Source of the DNA: Centroscyllium fabricii
Lineage: Eukaryota
Assembly: GCA_051313645.2 (NCBI GenBank)
Contig: JBNRSN020000010.1
Coordinates: 87,048,001-87,112,000 of the forward strand
Length of the DNA: 64,000 nucleotides
Direction: 5' to 3'
Shown: positions 24,001 to 36,000 of the stretch, piece by piece
Layout: every line of letters starts with the position of its first letter
How positions within the stretch are numbered: the stretch's first letter is position 1
Position numbers and translations under genes: made by a program
The notes under the pieces: generated by a model
Databases searched by the model: none
Seen by the model: the letters and a program-made list of their open reading frames with translations, nothing else
What the model was told of the DNA's origin: nothing

Positions 24001-27000
24001 TCAAAGAAGCCATGGCGAGTTGCTGCAGTGCAATTAACTTATTTCCCAATCTCCAGTCAACTAAGCTCCTAAGCTGTTCACCCAAGACTTGCATACTTAT
24101 CCAAACTCATATGTCAATAATGGTCAGCAAATCAATTAACTAAACACATCTGTGCAAAGGCAGACACTGGTGCAATCAGATCCATGAGTAACTTTACTTA
24201 GAACACAGGTTTGAGTGCAACACTAAAGACACATAACAGTGATTTTGCCATTTAACAAAAAAAATTCATCTGACATGGTGTGCACAGTATATTTCGAAAT
24301 AAAAGTGATCCTTTTATCCATACCAATTAAAAGTGGCTGATATTAGGTATTCTATCAATCAGAAAACAAATTGTATGGGGCAACCGCTTCTCTTGTGCAA
24401 CTTGAGATGAGCAGATACTCTCCCACGTAGATATTAAAACCAAATTCGTTGCTAGATACACCTCAGTGGTTCTTGGATCAGTTTAACCAGAGATTATACA
24501 AACATTCCAAATATATCAATGTAATTTTACAAAGGGAGATTAGTGGCTTCCAGACCAAATTCTTGCAAAACAGGTGAAGAGCAAAGTTCCAACTGAGATA
24601 AAGATGATCAGAGAACTGACCTTCAAGGTTAATCAAGGACTACCAAGGTAAACCTGGATCCTTCTGACCAACCCTTCTAGAATGTCCCAAAACAATGAGA
24701 AGGGAAGGTAGACATAAACCATCACACTTTAAAAGATGACGAGTGCTTGGTTGCCCTGGTCAACTTTACAAGATCTCAGAAACCATGTCTCAAATATTGG
24801 TCAATAGTCTAGTATTTTTATTGCTTTCAACAGTCATGCCCATTTATTGGGTTGTACTATCTCTGCCCTTGTGGACCAGGTGCTGAGATGAAAGGTCTCC
24901 ACAAGGAACAGGGTCTTGCGCTAATCCTCTGATAAATTGCCTGGAGGTCGGAAGTGTGACCATTCAAGAGAAAATTCAAGAGAAAAAAAGGAAAAAAAGA
25001 AAAAGTACATGCATTTAAACAGGCCTGATCACAAAGCCTTCAACAATTAATGGGTTACTTCCCACCACCCCCCACCCCCAGTGCAGTCACTGTTATTAGG
25101 CATATGTGGCGCCCAAAGCACGAACAGCAAGACTCTCAAACAACCAATGAATGAACTTCGAAGCCCCGAGGTTCTTTAAATTCCAGTCAAGGATACTGCC
25201 TGCAAGCATAAAATAAACCATTTCCAGCTTAGAAGTGCATCTCCAAATGGAAAAGGAAATGGGAGCGAGAACATTTAACTGCAAATTTACTCTGATTTTA
25301 AAGCAAAGATTTGACATGTTTTTTCAACAGAAAGGCCTCCATATAAATAAGAGATCTATAAGTCTACAAACAAAACAGCGGCAATCAGACACTCCCCAAA
25401 TAAAAATGTTACTATATTTAATGAAACTGAAACAACAACAAAAAATAGTAAGATGACCAAAGTAACAAAGCCAAATGAGATTGCTTTCTAGGAAGCAAAA
25501 GCACCAAAGAGAAAACATACTTTCCTTAGTGTAGGACACACAAGTAAATGAAGTGAATGATCAAAGGCACAAAGAACATCAGTCCAAAAGAAGGCCTCGA
25601 GTTAGCTGAGCAGGGGACAGTCAATATTTGAAGAGGCGTTGTCCCAAAGAATGATTTTCCATTTGTACATGGAGGTTAAATGAACAGATCGGAACACCTA
25701 CAGAAATCCCTGCTCAATTATAGACCTAAATTATGCAGCAATGCTCATGAACACTAGGCGTTTCTTTCCAAGAACTTTAGAAACTTATTTTTTTCGTTAC
25801 CCGAAACGCCGGCAACTTCAGTCTTCCGGAACGAATTGCCCCGACTGAACTGCGCATGCGCAAAATGGCAGGCGCGATCGCAGCTTCTGCGAATGATCTG
25901 CGCATGCGCCGAACGCATGCGCAGATCATTCAAAACGGCTGCCGGATGTTTTGAATGATCTGCGCATGCGCCGAACGCATGCACAGATCATTCAAAACGG
26001 CCGCCGGACGAGCCGGGCCTTCCGTGGCGTCAGGGCGCGGCGGCTTGCGCCGCGTTTTGAATGTGCGAGTCCCGAGCGCCCGCCATGGTGAAGTGCGCGG
26101 TTCCCCGGACCAGCCTGCTGGCCGTCATCAGGAGGCACAAACCACAGCTGAGACTCCGCAAGGACGTTCGGCGGCCAATTCCAATGTTGTGCGCATGCAT
26201 GAGCGCGGCCATTTTGAATGGTGCGCGCATGCGCACTGGCCGACTTCATTCTGCCGTTTTTTTTCACTTTCCCGGCACGGGCCTGGTCCCGCCCGTGCCG
26301 GATTACCGGTGCTCAACCTATACCAATATGGATGAACTCTATGTCGGAGAAGAAATAGTAACATGGCATGGAAACATTCTATTCGATTAATTGTGGAACA
26401 ATCCAAGGTATTATCTGAGATGCTCTTAAAAAGATAAGGAACAAAATCTATTTCTGGTTATTATGGAGTGCTGGATAAAGCTCAATGATGTGAAAAATTT
26501 AAAACAAGCCACGATTCAGGATATATGGAAATTATTTGTACTGTTCTAAAGTGAAGTAATTTAACATTCAACTTTAATGGACCCAATTTCTGCTGCCATG
26601 CTCATGAACATTAGGCATTTCTTTCTAATTGTACACAATTCTTTCTTAAATCATCAGAAATTAGAAGTGCACGTAACAAGGGCAATACGGTAATCATCGG
26701 GGACTTTAATCGACATATTGACTGGGCAAATCAAATGACCACTAATGGTGTGGAGGACGTATTCTTGGAATGCATGCAAGGTGGTTTCCTGGATCAGTAT
26801 GTGGAGGAACCAACCAGGGAACAGGCTATTCTGGATCTGGTATTGTGTAATGAGAAAGGGCTAATCAATAAACTTGTGGTAAAAGGGATTTTGGGGACAA
26901 GTGACCATAATATGATTGACTTTTACACTAAGTTGGAGAGTGATGTAGCCCAATCTGAAAACAAGATCTTCAATCCAAACAGAGGAAACTACAAGGGTAT

Positions 27001-30000
27001 GAGGGACAAGTTGGCCATGGTAGATTGGGAGACTACACTAAAAGGTATGAAGGTGGACATACAATGGCTAACATTCAAGGAAATAATGCATATTTGCAAC
27101 AAACATATATTCCTCTAGGGCATAAAAACCCAAAAGGAAAAGTGATCCAACCATGGCTAAAAAAAAAATAAATTATAGCTAGTATTAAGTCACAGGAGAT
27201 AGCTTATAAAGTTGCCAGAAAAAGTCAGCCTGAGGATTGGGATCTTTTTAGAAATCAGCAAAGGGGGACCATGAAATTGATAAAGAAAGGGAAAATGGAA
27301 TATGAGCACAAACTAGCGAAAAATATAAAAATGGATTCATAGAATCATAGAATCCCTACAGTGCAGATAGAGGCCATTTCGGCCCTTCGAGCCTGCACCG
27401 ACACATATCCCACCCTATCCCCGTAACCCCACATATTTAATCTCCGTAACACTAAGGGTCAATTTATCCTGGCCAATCAACCTAACCCGCACATCTTTGG
27501 ACTGTGGGAGGAAACCGGAGCACCCGGAGGAAACCCACGCAGACACGGGGAGAATGTGTAAACTCCCCACAGATAGTCACTCAAGGCCGGATTTGAACCC
27601 GGGTCTCCAGTGCTGTGAGGCAACAGTGCTAACCACTATGCCACCGTGCCGGATTGTAAAAGCTTCCATAGGTATGTGAAAAGGAAAAGACTGACGAAGG
27701 TAAATGAAGGTCCTTTGCAGTCAGAGCTGGGAGAACGTATAATGGGGAATAAGGAAATGGCAGAGAAATTAAATACTTGTTTCTGTCTTCACAGAGGAAG
27801 ACACAAAAAGCTCCCAGAAATAAGAGAAAAAACCAAGGGTGCGGCGAGAAGAGGAACTCAAAGAAATTATTAGTAAAAAAAAAAACAGTACTAGCAAAAT
27901 TAATGGGACTAAAAGTCAAAAAACACCAAGGACCAGATGGCCCACATCCTAGGGTTTTGAAAGCAGTGGCCACTGGGATAGTGGACACATTGGTTGTCAT
28001 CTTCCAGAATCTATAGAATTTTGCAACGGTTCCTGCAGATTGGAGGATAGCAAATGTAACCCTGCTAGTTAAGAAAGGAGGGAGAGAGAAAACTGGGAAC
28101 TAGAGTCCTGTTAGCCATACTCCAACTATATAGGGCCTTGGTGGCTTGAGTCCATTATAAAGGATGTAATAGCAGAGCACTTGGAAAACAGTGACAGAAT
28201 CGGACAAAGTCAACATTGATTTACAAAGGGTAAATCGTGCTTCACTAATCTACTGGAAGTTTTTGAGGAGGAGAACCAGTGGATGTGGTGCATTTGGATT
28301 TTCAGAAGGCATTCGATAAGGTCCCACATAAGAGATTAGCATGTATAGTTAAGGCACATGGGATTGGGGGCAAGGTATTGACTTGGATAGAGAACTGGTT
28401 GGCAGACAGAAAGCAAAGAGTTGGAATAAACGGCTCTTTTTCCAAGTGGCAGGCAGTGACTAGTGGGGTACCGCAGGGATCGGTCCTTGGACCCCAGCTA
28501 TTCACAATATATATTAATGATCTAGACGAGGGAACAGTTTGCAGACGACACAAAGCTGGGTGGGCGTATGTGTTGTGAGGAGGATGCCGAGAAACTCCAG
28601 TATGATTTGGACAGGTTGGATAAATGTGAGGTTATCCATTTTGGTGTCAAAAACAGAAAGGCAGATTATAATCTGAATGTCAATAGATTGGGAGAAGGGG
28701 AAGTGCAACGAGACCTGGGTGTCCTTGTGCAGCAGTCACTGAAGGTAAGCATGCAAGTGCAGCAGGTGGTTAAGGCGGCTAATGGTATGTTGGCCTTCGT
28801 AGCGAGAGGGTTTGAGTACAGGAACAAGGATGTCTTGCTGCAGTTGTACAGGGCCTTGGTGAGACCACTTCGAGTATTGTGTGCAGTTTTGGTCGCCTTA
28901 TCTGAGGAAGGATGTTCTTGCCATGGAGGGAGTGCAGCAAAGATTCACCAGGCTGATACCTGGGATGGCCGGAATGACGTATGAGGAGAGATTGGGTCGA
29001 CTGGGCTTATACTCGCTGGAGTTTAGATGAAAGAGGATCTCATTGAAACTTATAAAATTCTAACAAGACTAGACGCAGGAAGGATGTTCCCGATGGCCGG
29101 GGAGTCCAGAACAAGGGGTCACAGTCTAAGAATAAGGTGTAAACCATTTAGGACAGAGATGAGGAGGAATTCCTTCACCCAGAGAGTGGTGAACCTGTGG
29201 AATTCTCTACCACAGAAGGCAGTAGAGGCCAATTCATTAAATATATTCAAGAAGGAGTTAGATATATTTCTTAAGGCTAAAGGGATATGGAGAGAAGGCA
29301 GGGACAGGGTACTGAATGTGGATGATCAGCCATGATCTCATTGAATGGCGGAGCAGGTTCGAGGGGCCGAATAGCCTACTCCTGCTCGTATCTTCTATGT
29401 TTCTATGCAAAGAAGGATATACTTGCCATAGAGGAAGTGCAACGAAGGTTCACGAGATTGATTCCTGGGATGGCGGGACTGTCGTATGAGAAGAGATCGA
29501 GTAAACTAGGCCTGTATTCTCTTGAACTCAGAAGAATATGAGGGCATCTCATTGAAGCATACAAAATTATTACAGGGCCGGATAGGGTGGATGCTGGGAG
29601 AATGTTTCCCTTGGCTGGGGAGTCTAGAACCAGGGGCCACAGCCTCAAATAAAGGGTAGGCCACTCAGGACTGAGATGAGAAGACATTTGTTCACACAGG
29701 GTGGTGAATCTTTGGAATGCTCAACCCCAGAGGGTTGTGGAGGCTCAGTCATTGGGTATATTCAGAACAGAAGGCGATAGATTTCCGACTAATTAAGGGC
29801 ATCAAGAGATATGGCAATAGGGCCGGTGAATGGAGTTGAGGCAGAAGATCAGCCATGATCTCATTGAATGGCGGAGCAGGCTCGAAGGGCCAAATGGCCT
29901 ACTCCTGGCTCCTATTTCTTATGTTTTTATCATCATGCCATATTGCCAGTCAGAATATACGTGAGCGGACATACTAAATTAGCATTAATGGAACTTGATC

Positions 30001-33000
30001 ATATCCAGTAAAACAAATTTAATTGCGAAATAGTTTTAAGGCAATGCTTACACTTAAATGCAAAGACTAAGAAGGACCATCATGCACAACGTTCAACACA
30101 GACAATGTGATAATGAAGTACAACAGTTTGCCCACCCCGCCCCGCTCTAGATAGTAACCTACCATATAAAGAAAATTCTGCTTCTTGACCTGTGTCACTC
30201 TCACTGGAAGTGGATGTCAAGCTGGTTGTCAGAGTATTACTGAGCGATTGTCCGACGGACAAACCTGTGGTTGCCGTGGCGACATTGTTACTGCTGGTGA
30301 CACTGGAAGTTGACATGGTGACAGTCGACGTGGTACCGGTAGTGGTGAGGTTTGGAAAACTCTGGGCACCCATGAGAGGAGAAGCTAGAATGTTCAGGAA
30401 ACAAAAGGTTGAATTACTCCCACTTCCCTCAAAAAAAGCAGCAAATATTCTTACCATGAATTTCAGCAACTGCTAGAAATCAATGCTTTATTTTTCACCA
30501 CAATTTAACAATTGTTAAGAACCTAAACAAAAATGTATATTTTATGCTCGAAACCTTGATTTTTTAAAAATACAAGTAGATCTAAGTAAATGGCTTAAAT
30601 TTTCTGCCTGCTAACAATTAAGGGCTGTACCAATATGGATCAAGAATAAGAAAAAAATGTACAAAAATAAATAAATGATTTGAGCAAGAATTTTGTGTTT
30701 CTTCTATTTAATAGCATTTTCATTGGTTAAACAAACCAAGTACAGGTTGAGCATCATTATACCGGCATGGGCGGGACTAGGCCCACGCCGGTAGAGCGAA
30801 AAAACCGGTAGAATGAAGTTGGCCAGTATGCGCGCACCATTCAAAATGGCCATGCGCATGCGCACAACATTGGAACTGGCCGGCGAACGTCCTTGCTGAG
30901 TCTCAGCTGCGGTTTGTCACTCCTGATGACGGCCTGCAGGCTGCTCCGGGGAACCGCGCGCTTCACCATGGCGGGCGCTCGGGACCCGCACATTCAAAAC
31001 GCAGCGCGAGGCACCGCGCCCTGACATCACGGAAGGCCCAGCTCGTCCGGCGGCTGTTTTGAATGAGCTGCGCATGCGGCCGCTGTTCGGCGGCGCATGC
31101 GCAGATCATTCAAAACTTCCGGCAGCCGTTTTGAATGATTTGCGCATGTCGTCACACACGCAGATCATTCGCCGAAGCATCGATTGCGGCAGCCATTTTG
31201 CACATGCGCAGGGCAGTCGGGGCGATTTATGCTGGACGACTGAAGTTGCTGGCTTTTCGGTTACCGGATTAACGGTGCTCAACCTGCACTCTTAATGCTG
31301 TTGCTGGATATTAAGTAGCAAACTCAAAAAATACTGGCATTGTAACCGTAAGAGGATGCAGCCCTGAAGATGAAGTACATGCATTTCTAGTTGTTGGTAC
31401 CATATATCTTACTTTAAATGTCAAAACAGTTAGTCTCTCCCTAAAAAGTATTTGAGAAACAGTAGAAGTCAAGGAGGAAATTGGAAAAGGGAGCCGGTGG
31501 GGAGGGGGGGGGGGGGCGGGAAGAGAGGGGTACAGCGCACGGGGGGAAATCAAACCATAGGCAAGAAATAGGTCCAACTTGCAAGGGCAGAGGTGCTCAA
31601 AAGGAGGGTTCAGACCTGGGTTCTGGGCAAAGTGGTGGCAACAGGAATTTGGAAGCAGAATATTTTCATGATATTGTGAATCACAATTAAAACTTTAATA
31701 AAATGCAGAATATTTCAATTGTCAAAGTTCTTCATGGTAGAAAACAGAGCAAAACACATGGACAAAACAAATGTTTTCTCAACTTACAACACCGGAATCT
31801 CATTAGTGAGCTTCTACACCAATGCAAATATACAAAATAAAAAGAATCACTTACTTGCAGTACTCATTACATTGCGTCCCAAAGTATTAGTGTTGTTATC
31901 ACTGCTACTGCGGCTTAAATTCATGTTATTGGTGGCATTGGTGCGTGCAATATTTGCAACTCGCCGTACAAAGGATTCCATAAGGCTGGAGGCTTCCCTT
32001 GAAGATAGATTGGGTACACTGGCGCTTGAGCTCATGGGTGCCCCTGCAGCCAACAGTGAGCTTACTGAAAGTCTGTTACTTGCTGAAGAACTAAGCGGGC
32101 GCTGTGATACTGCTTCCTTGTTTGACGATTCAGCTACTGAACTCACGTCTGGGGAGCTCACACTAACAATACCCATTGATATTGCCCCAGATTCTCCAGA
32201 ATTACGCATCGAGGCCTCAGGCCCAGACTTCCTGTCCACATTTTCACTTGCTGTGTCTGCAGTCAAGGTGCTGGTACTGGCACTAGAAGTTGATCCTGTT
32301 CCTCCCTGGGGCAAAATATCAGTAGCAGAAAGGACAACAATAGGTTCATGACTGTCTGTACCAGAAGCAGTTGTCTGTTCCAATACGCTTTCAGATCTGC
32401 GATCCATTTTAGATGAACTCAAGCTTATATCGCTGCTACTAGCCACACTACACACAGAACTGCTGCTTCCTTTTCGACTGGAGGAGCCCGGCGCAGTAGC
32501 CGCCNNNNNNNNNNNNNNNNNNNNNNNNNNNNNNNNNNNNNNNNNNNNNNNNNNNNNNNNNNNNNNNNNNNNNNNNNNNNNNNNNNNNNNNNNNNNNNNN
32601 NNNNNNNNNNNNNNNNNNNNNNNNNNNNNNNNNNNNNNNNNNNNNNNNNNNNNNNNNNNNNNNNNNNNNNNNNNNNNNNNNNNNNNNNNNNNNNNNNNNN
32701 NNNNNNNNNNNNNNNNNNNNNNNNCCAGCAGAAAGCAGACAGCAGCTATTTGGACAGCAGCTTCACCCGGTGGAACCAGACTCTTGCACATGTATAGTAG
32801 CTCAATATTACTTTACTAGGAATAGACACATTGTTTTCAGAGGAATTAATTCGCACTTTTAATAGCTAACTTCACACCTATTTTCACTGTCTGATAATTA
32901 GCTAAAATATATGACAGTATATTTGCCAATAGTATATTATACTCAGCACAAGGGAGTAACATTCAGCACAAAGGAACTCAAATTATTTCTGTGTATTGTG

Positions 33001-36000
33001 TGTTTATTACAAAAAGTATCAATGACTGATAGCTTAATAGATTGCAGACAATACTGCTGCTGTTTAACATGTCAGAATTCATAACAAAATTATAGTCTGG
33101 TCCCAGTGAAGCAGTGCAAGAAGGAAAATTGAGTAACAAGAGAGATAAGGAAATGTATTGCAAATGCCAAGCTGAAAGCCACATAGAAGAGAGTAATGCC
33201 TGGCAGAAATGCTCTTGAATTCCATTCAGTTAAGTAAAAGGACTCTTAATTGGTAAGGCTGATGTGCAGTCTAAAAGACCAAAATAACACAATGCACACT
33301 TGGCCTGAAATGCTCTAATGACAACTAGCACAGGGCAGTTAGTTTCACTTCTGAAAGTGCACGTTAAAAAGTCTCCCCTGCTGGCCGCGAATGAAGTTTG
33401 AGCAGCATCCATCCAATTCCTATTGGGCCTGGGGCTACAGCACAAAACTGCCCCATATTCAGCAGCAATTGGCAATCGCTTCAGATGGGCCACAGGGTGG
33501 CTGCTGTGAAAAATGTTACACTGATAGTTGGGAGTGTCCTTCTGAGGTTGGGGCTGAAGCACATTGTTGGGACAGGGCAGAGGGAGCTTTACTCTACATC
33601 TGACTGTGCTATACCTTATGTGGGAGTGCTTGATGCCGACACACTCGTAGTGTGCAACAGGAAAAGCTCGACTCCCCAGCATCAACACCTTTCAGCTTAA
33701 TGAGCACAAAAATTAAAATAGGGCAAAAACTGTTCATCCAGCTCCAATCACTTCTCTCATTTACCTTGCAGTACTACCCTATTCTAAAAAACCTTTTAAT
33801 AACATAAGCCTTGACTTTCCCAACAATTCTTTGGAAGAATCTCATTAAATGCCTTTTGAATATCCATATTCATGTCCTTTACAGTTCCACTCTTGTGATT
33901 TGATCAAAAATTCAATTAAATTAGTCAAGCACAGCCTGCCCCATAAAGTTAACCCTGACTGACCTGATTAGCCAGTGTGCTTCAAATTGTTAACCAATTC
34001 CATCCTGTACTATGAACTCCAAATGTCTAATCTGCCTAGAATTTCCTGAGTTAGCCCTTTCTTGAACACAGGTGGAACATTTACTACCCTCCGATCCAGC
34101 ACTATTGCGGAAAATTATGGTTACTGCCTCTGCTATTTAGACTTCCATGAAATGTTTTTAAATACACTTTCCTTCTAAATAATTATCTCCGCTTGTGGCT
34201 CATCCACATCTCCCTTAGGTATTCCTACAATCGCACTTTCACCATACAGATACACAACCCTTCATCAGAAAACCTCGGGACCGGGTGGGTCTCGGTTTTT
34301 GGATAAATACGGTTTTGAGAGTATGCGGATGCGCATTTCCATGTTTGCGGCCCAGCTCGCAGTCGGGGAACGACATATCGGCCGTTTGGAGCGGGAGGTC
34401 GGCCGTTTTTTTCCTCAGCACGCCATCAACAGCACGAGATCGGGGTAGGAACCTGTATTTTCTGCTGCAGCTTCAATTTATTTAAGAAAAAAATAATTTA
34501 AGAAAAACTGAAGTTTTTGGAGTTGCGGATAAGGGATTGTGTACCTGTACTCAGTGAAAACTGAGGTGAAACACCTAATCACCTTCACCATTTCCTCACT
34601 CTTCAGCATAGGATCCAGTAAAATTCATAATTTCTTCTCTCACAAAGTAGGACAAAAGAACAGCTATATTGGCATTGAAAACTTAAGTCACCAAAACTGG
34701 TTGCTTTAAAAAAAGTCTTCAGTTAATAAGCTTGTTATGATACAACTAGGTAAAAAGTGCTAAAGATTACAGGTACACAATCCCTTATCCGAGACCTGTG
34801 GGACTGGACGGGTCTCAGTTTTCGGGTTTTTGGATGGTGCCCAGTGCGCATAGCACGTGCGCATTTCCGTGTTTGCGGCCCAGTTCGCAGTCGGGGAACG
34901 GCAGATCGACGGTTTATTTTCTCAGCACGGCATCAACAGCAACCTGTTAGCTTGCCTCAAGGTAAAAATATCTTTTTTTCCCCTGCTGATAAATGCTGCA
35001 GCTGGTCACTTCCTTCAATTTATTTAAGAAAAAAAGTTATTTTGGCGCAACTCGGGTTCTCGGTTTTCGGAGCTTTTCGGATGTGCGGTTAAGCGATTGT
35101 GTACCTGTACTTTCAAACATTTTAACAAGCCAACTGAGAGGGTCAGTGCGAAGAGGTATCAAGGAAAAGTAATAAACAACTTAATATCAGTGATTCCCCA
35201 CACAACACGTTTGCTCTCAGCTGGCCTGTACGGTGAAGTGGAACATACATCAACTGAATTGCATCCAAGCTGCTCAATTGTTTTGTGCAAATTGCAGTAA
35301 TTTATGACCATTTCATTTAAGAGTATTTTGGATTCTACCATTGGGTATTAATAATGTTATTAATTAGTTCAGGCTGGAATGAAACCTAGTGTACAGGCAG
35401 GGTCGTGAAAAATGTTGCCAAACAAGATGTATTTCAAACCTAGAATCTTGCATTTACATTTCACAAAAACCTGGGTTCTTGTTTTAACATGACAAAAATT
35501 GCAAAATGAAGAATCCAGGTTTTCAATTAAAAAACATTACATACCAGTAAGCACCACAATTACTGCAATTAGTGCTGTAAGGATAAAAACAAAATCTTAC
35601 TGGTTTACCATTATGCAGTTCTCCTGTGATCGTGCCCTCGCCTGGTGGATTGCCATCTTGATCTCTCCATTTCCAGTCAATGCCTCGAACTACACGTGCA
35701 CCAGGCACCATGTACTTCAGAACCTGAGAACGCACCAGGCGTCTCTGTCTCCTTAGGTTGGCTTCTGCTTCCTTAGCTGCTTTTCCTATTAAGGAAACAT
35801 AACATTACAAAATATTAAAATCATGATACCTTCTTTCTTGGAGTAGGTAGAGAGAAAAAATGGAGGAGAATGCAATTAACAGTATAAAATACTTTTACTT
35901 AAATTATGTACTGTATTATGATTACTATTGTTACTATGGTATGGAACAAAAACATTTAATCTAGGTTTTTACAAATAATTGCCTATCAGCAGCAGGTACA

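Noticed and set aside
31497-31520. Poly-G runs (also about 42803 and 55146)
   Set aside because: Simple homopolymers of uncertain length with no evidence of function.
31719-32351. 210-aa plus-strand ORF (also 14673-14996 and 30192-30476)
   Set aside because: Antisense shadows of HECTD1 exons with no independent coding evidence.
35595-35608. Second donor CCA|GTAAGA 8 nt downstream of the exon ending at 35609
   Set aside because: It shifts the phase, and the partner acceptor is hidden in the gap, so it cannot be supported without transcripts.
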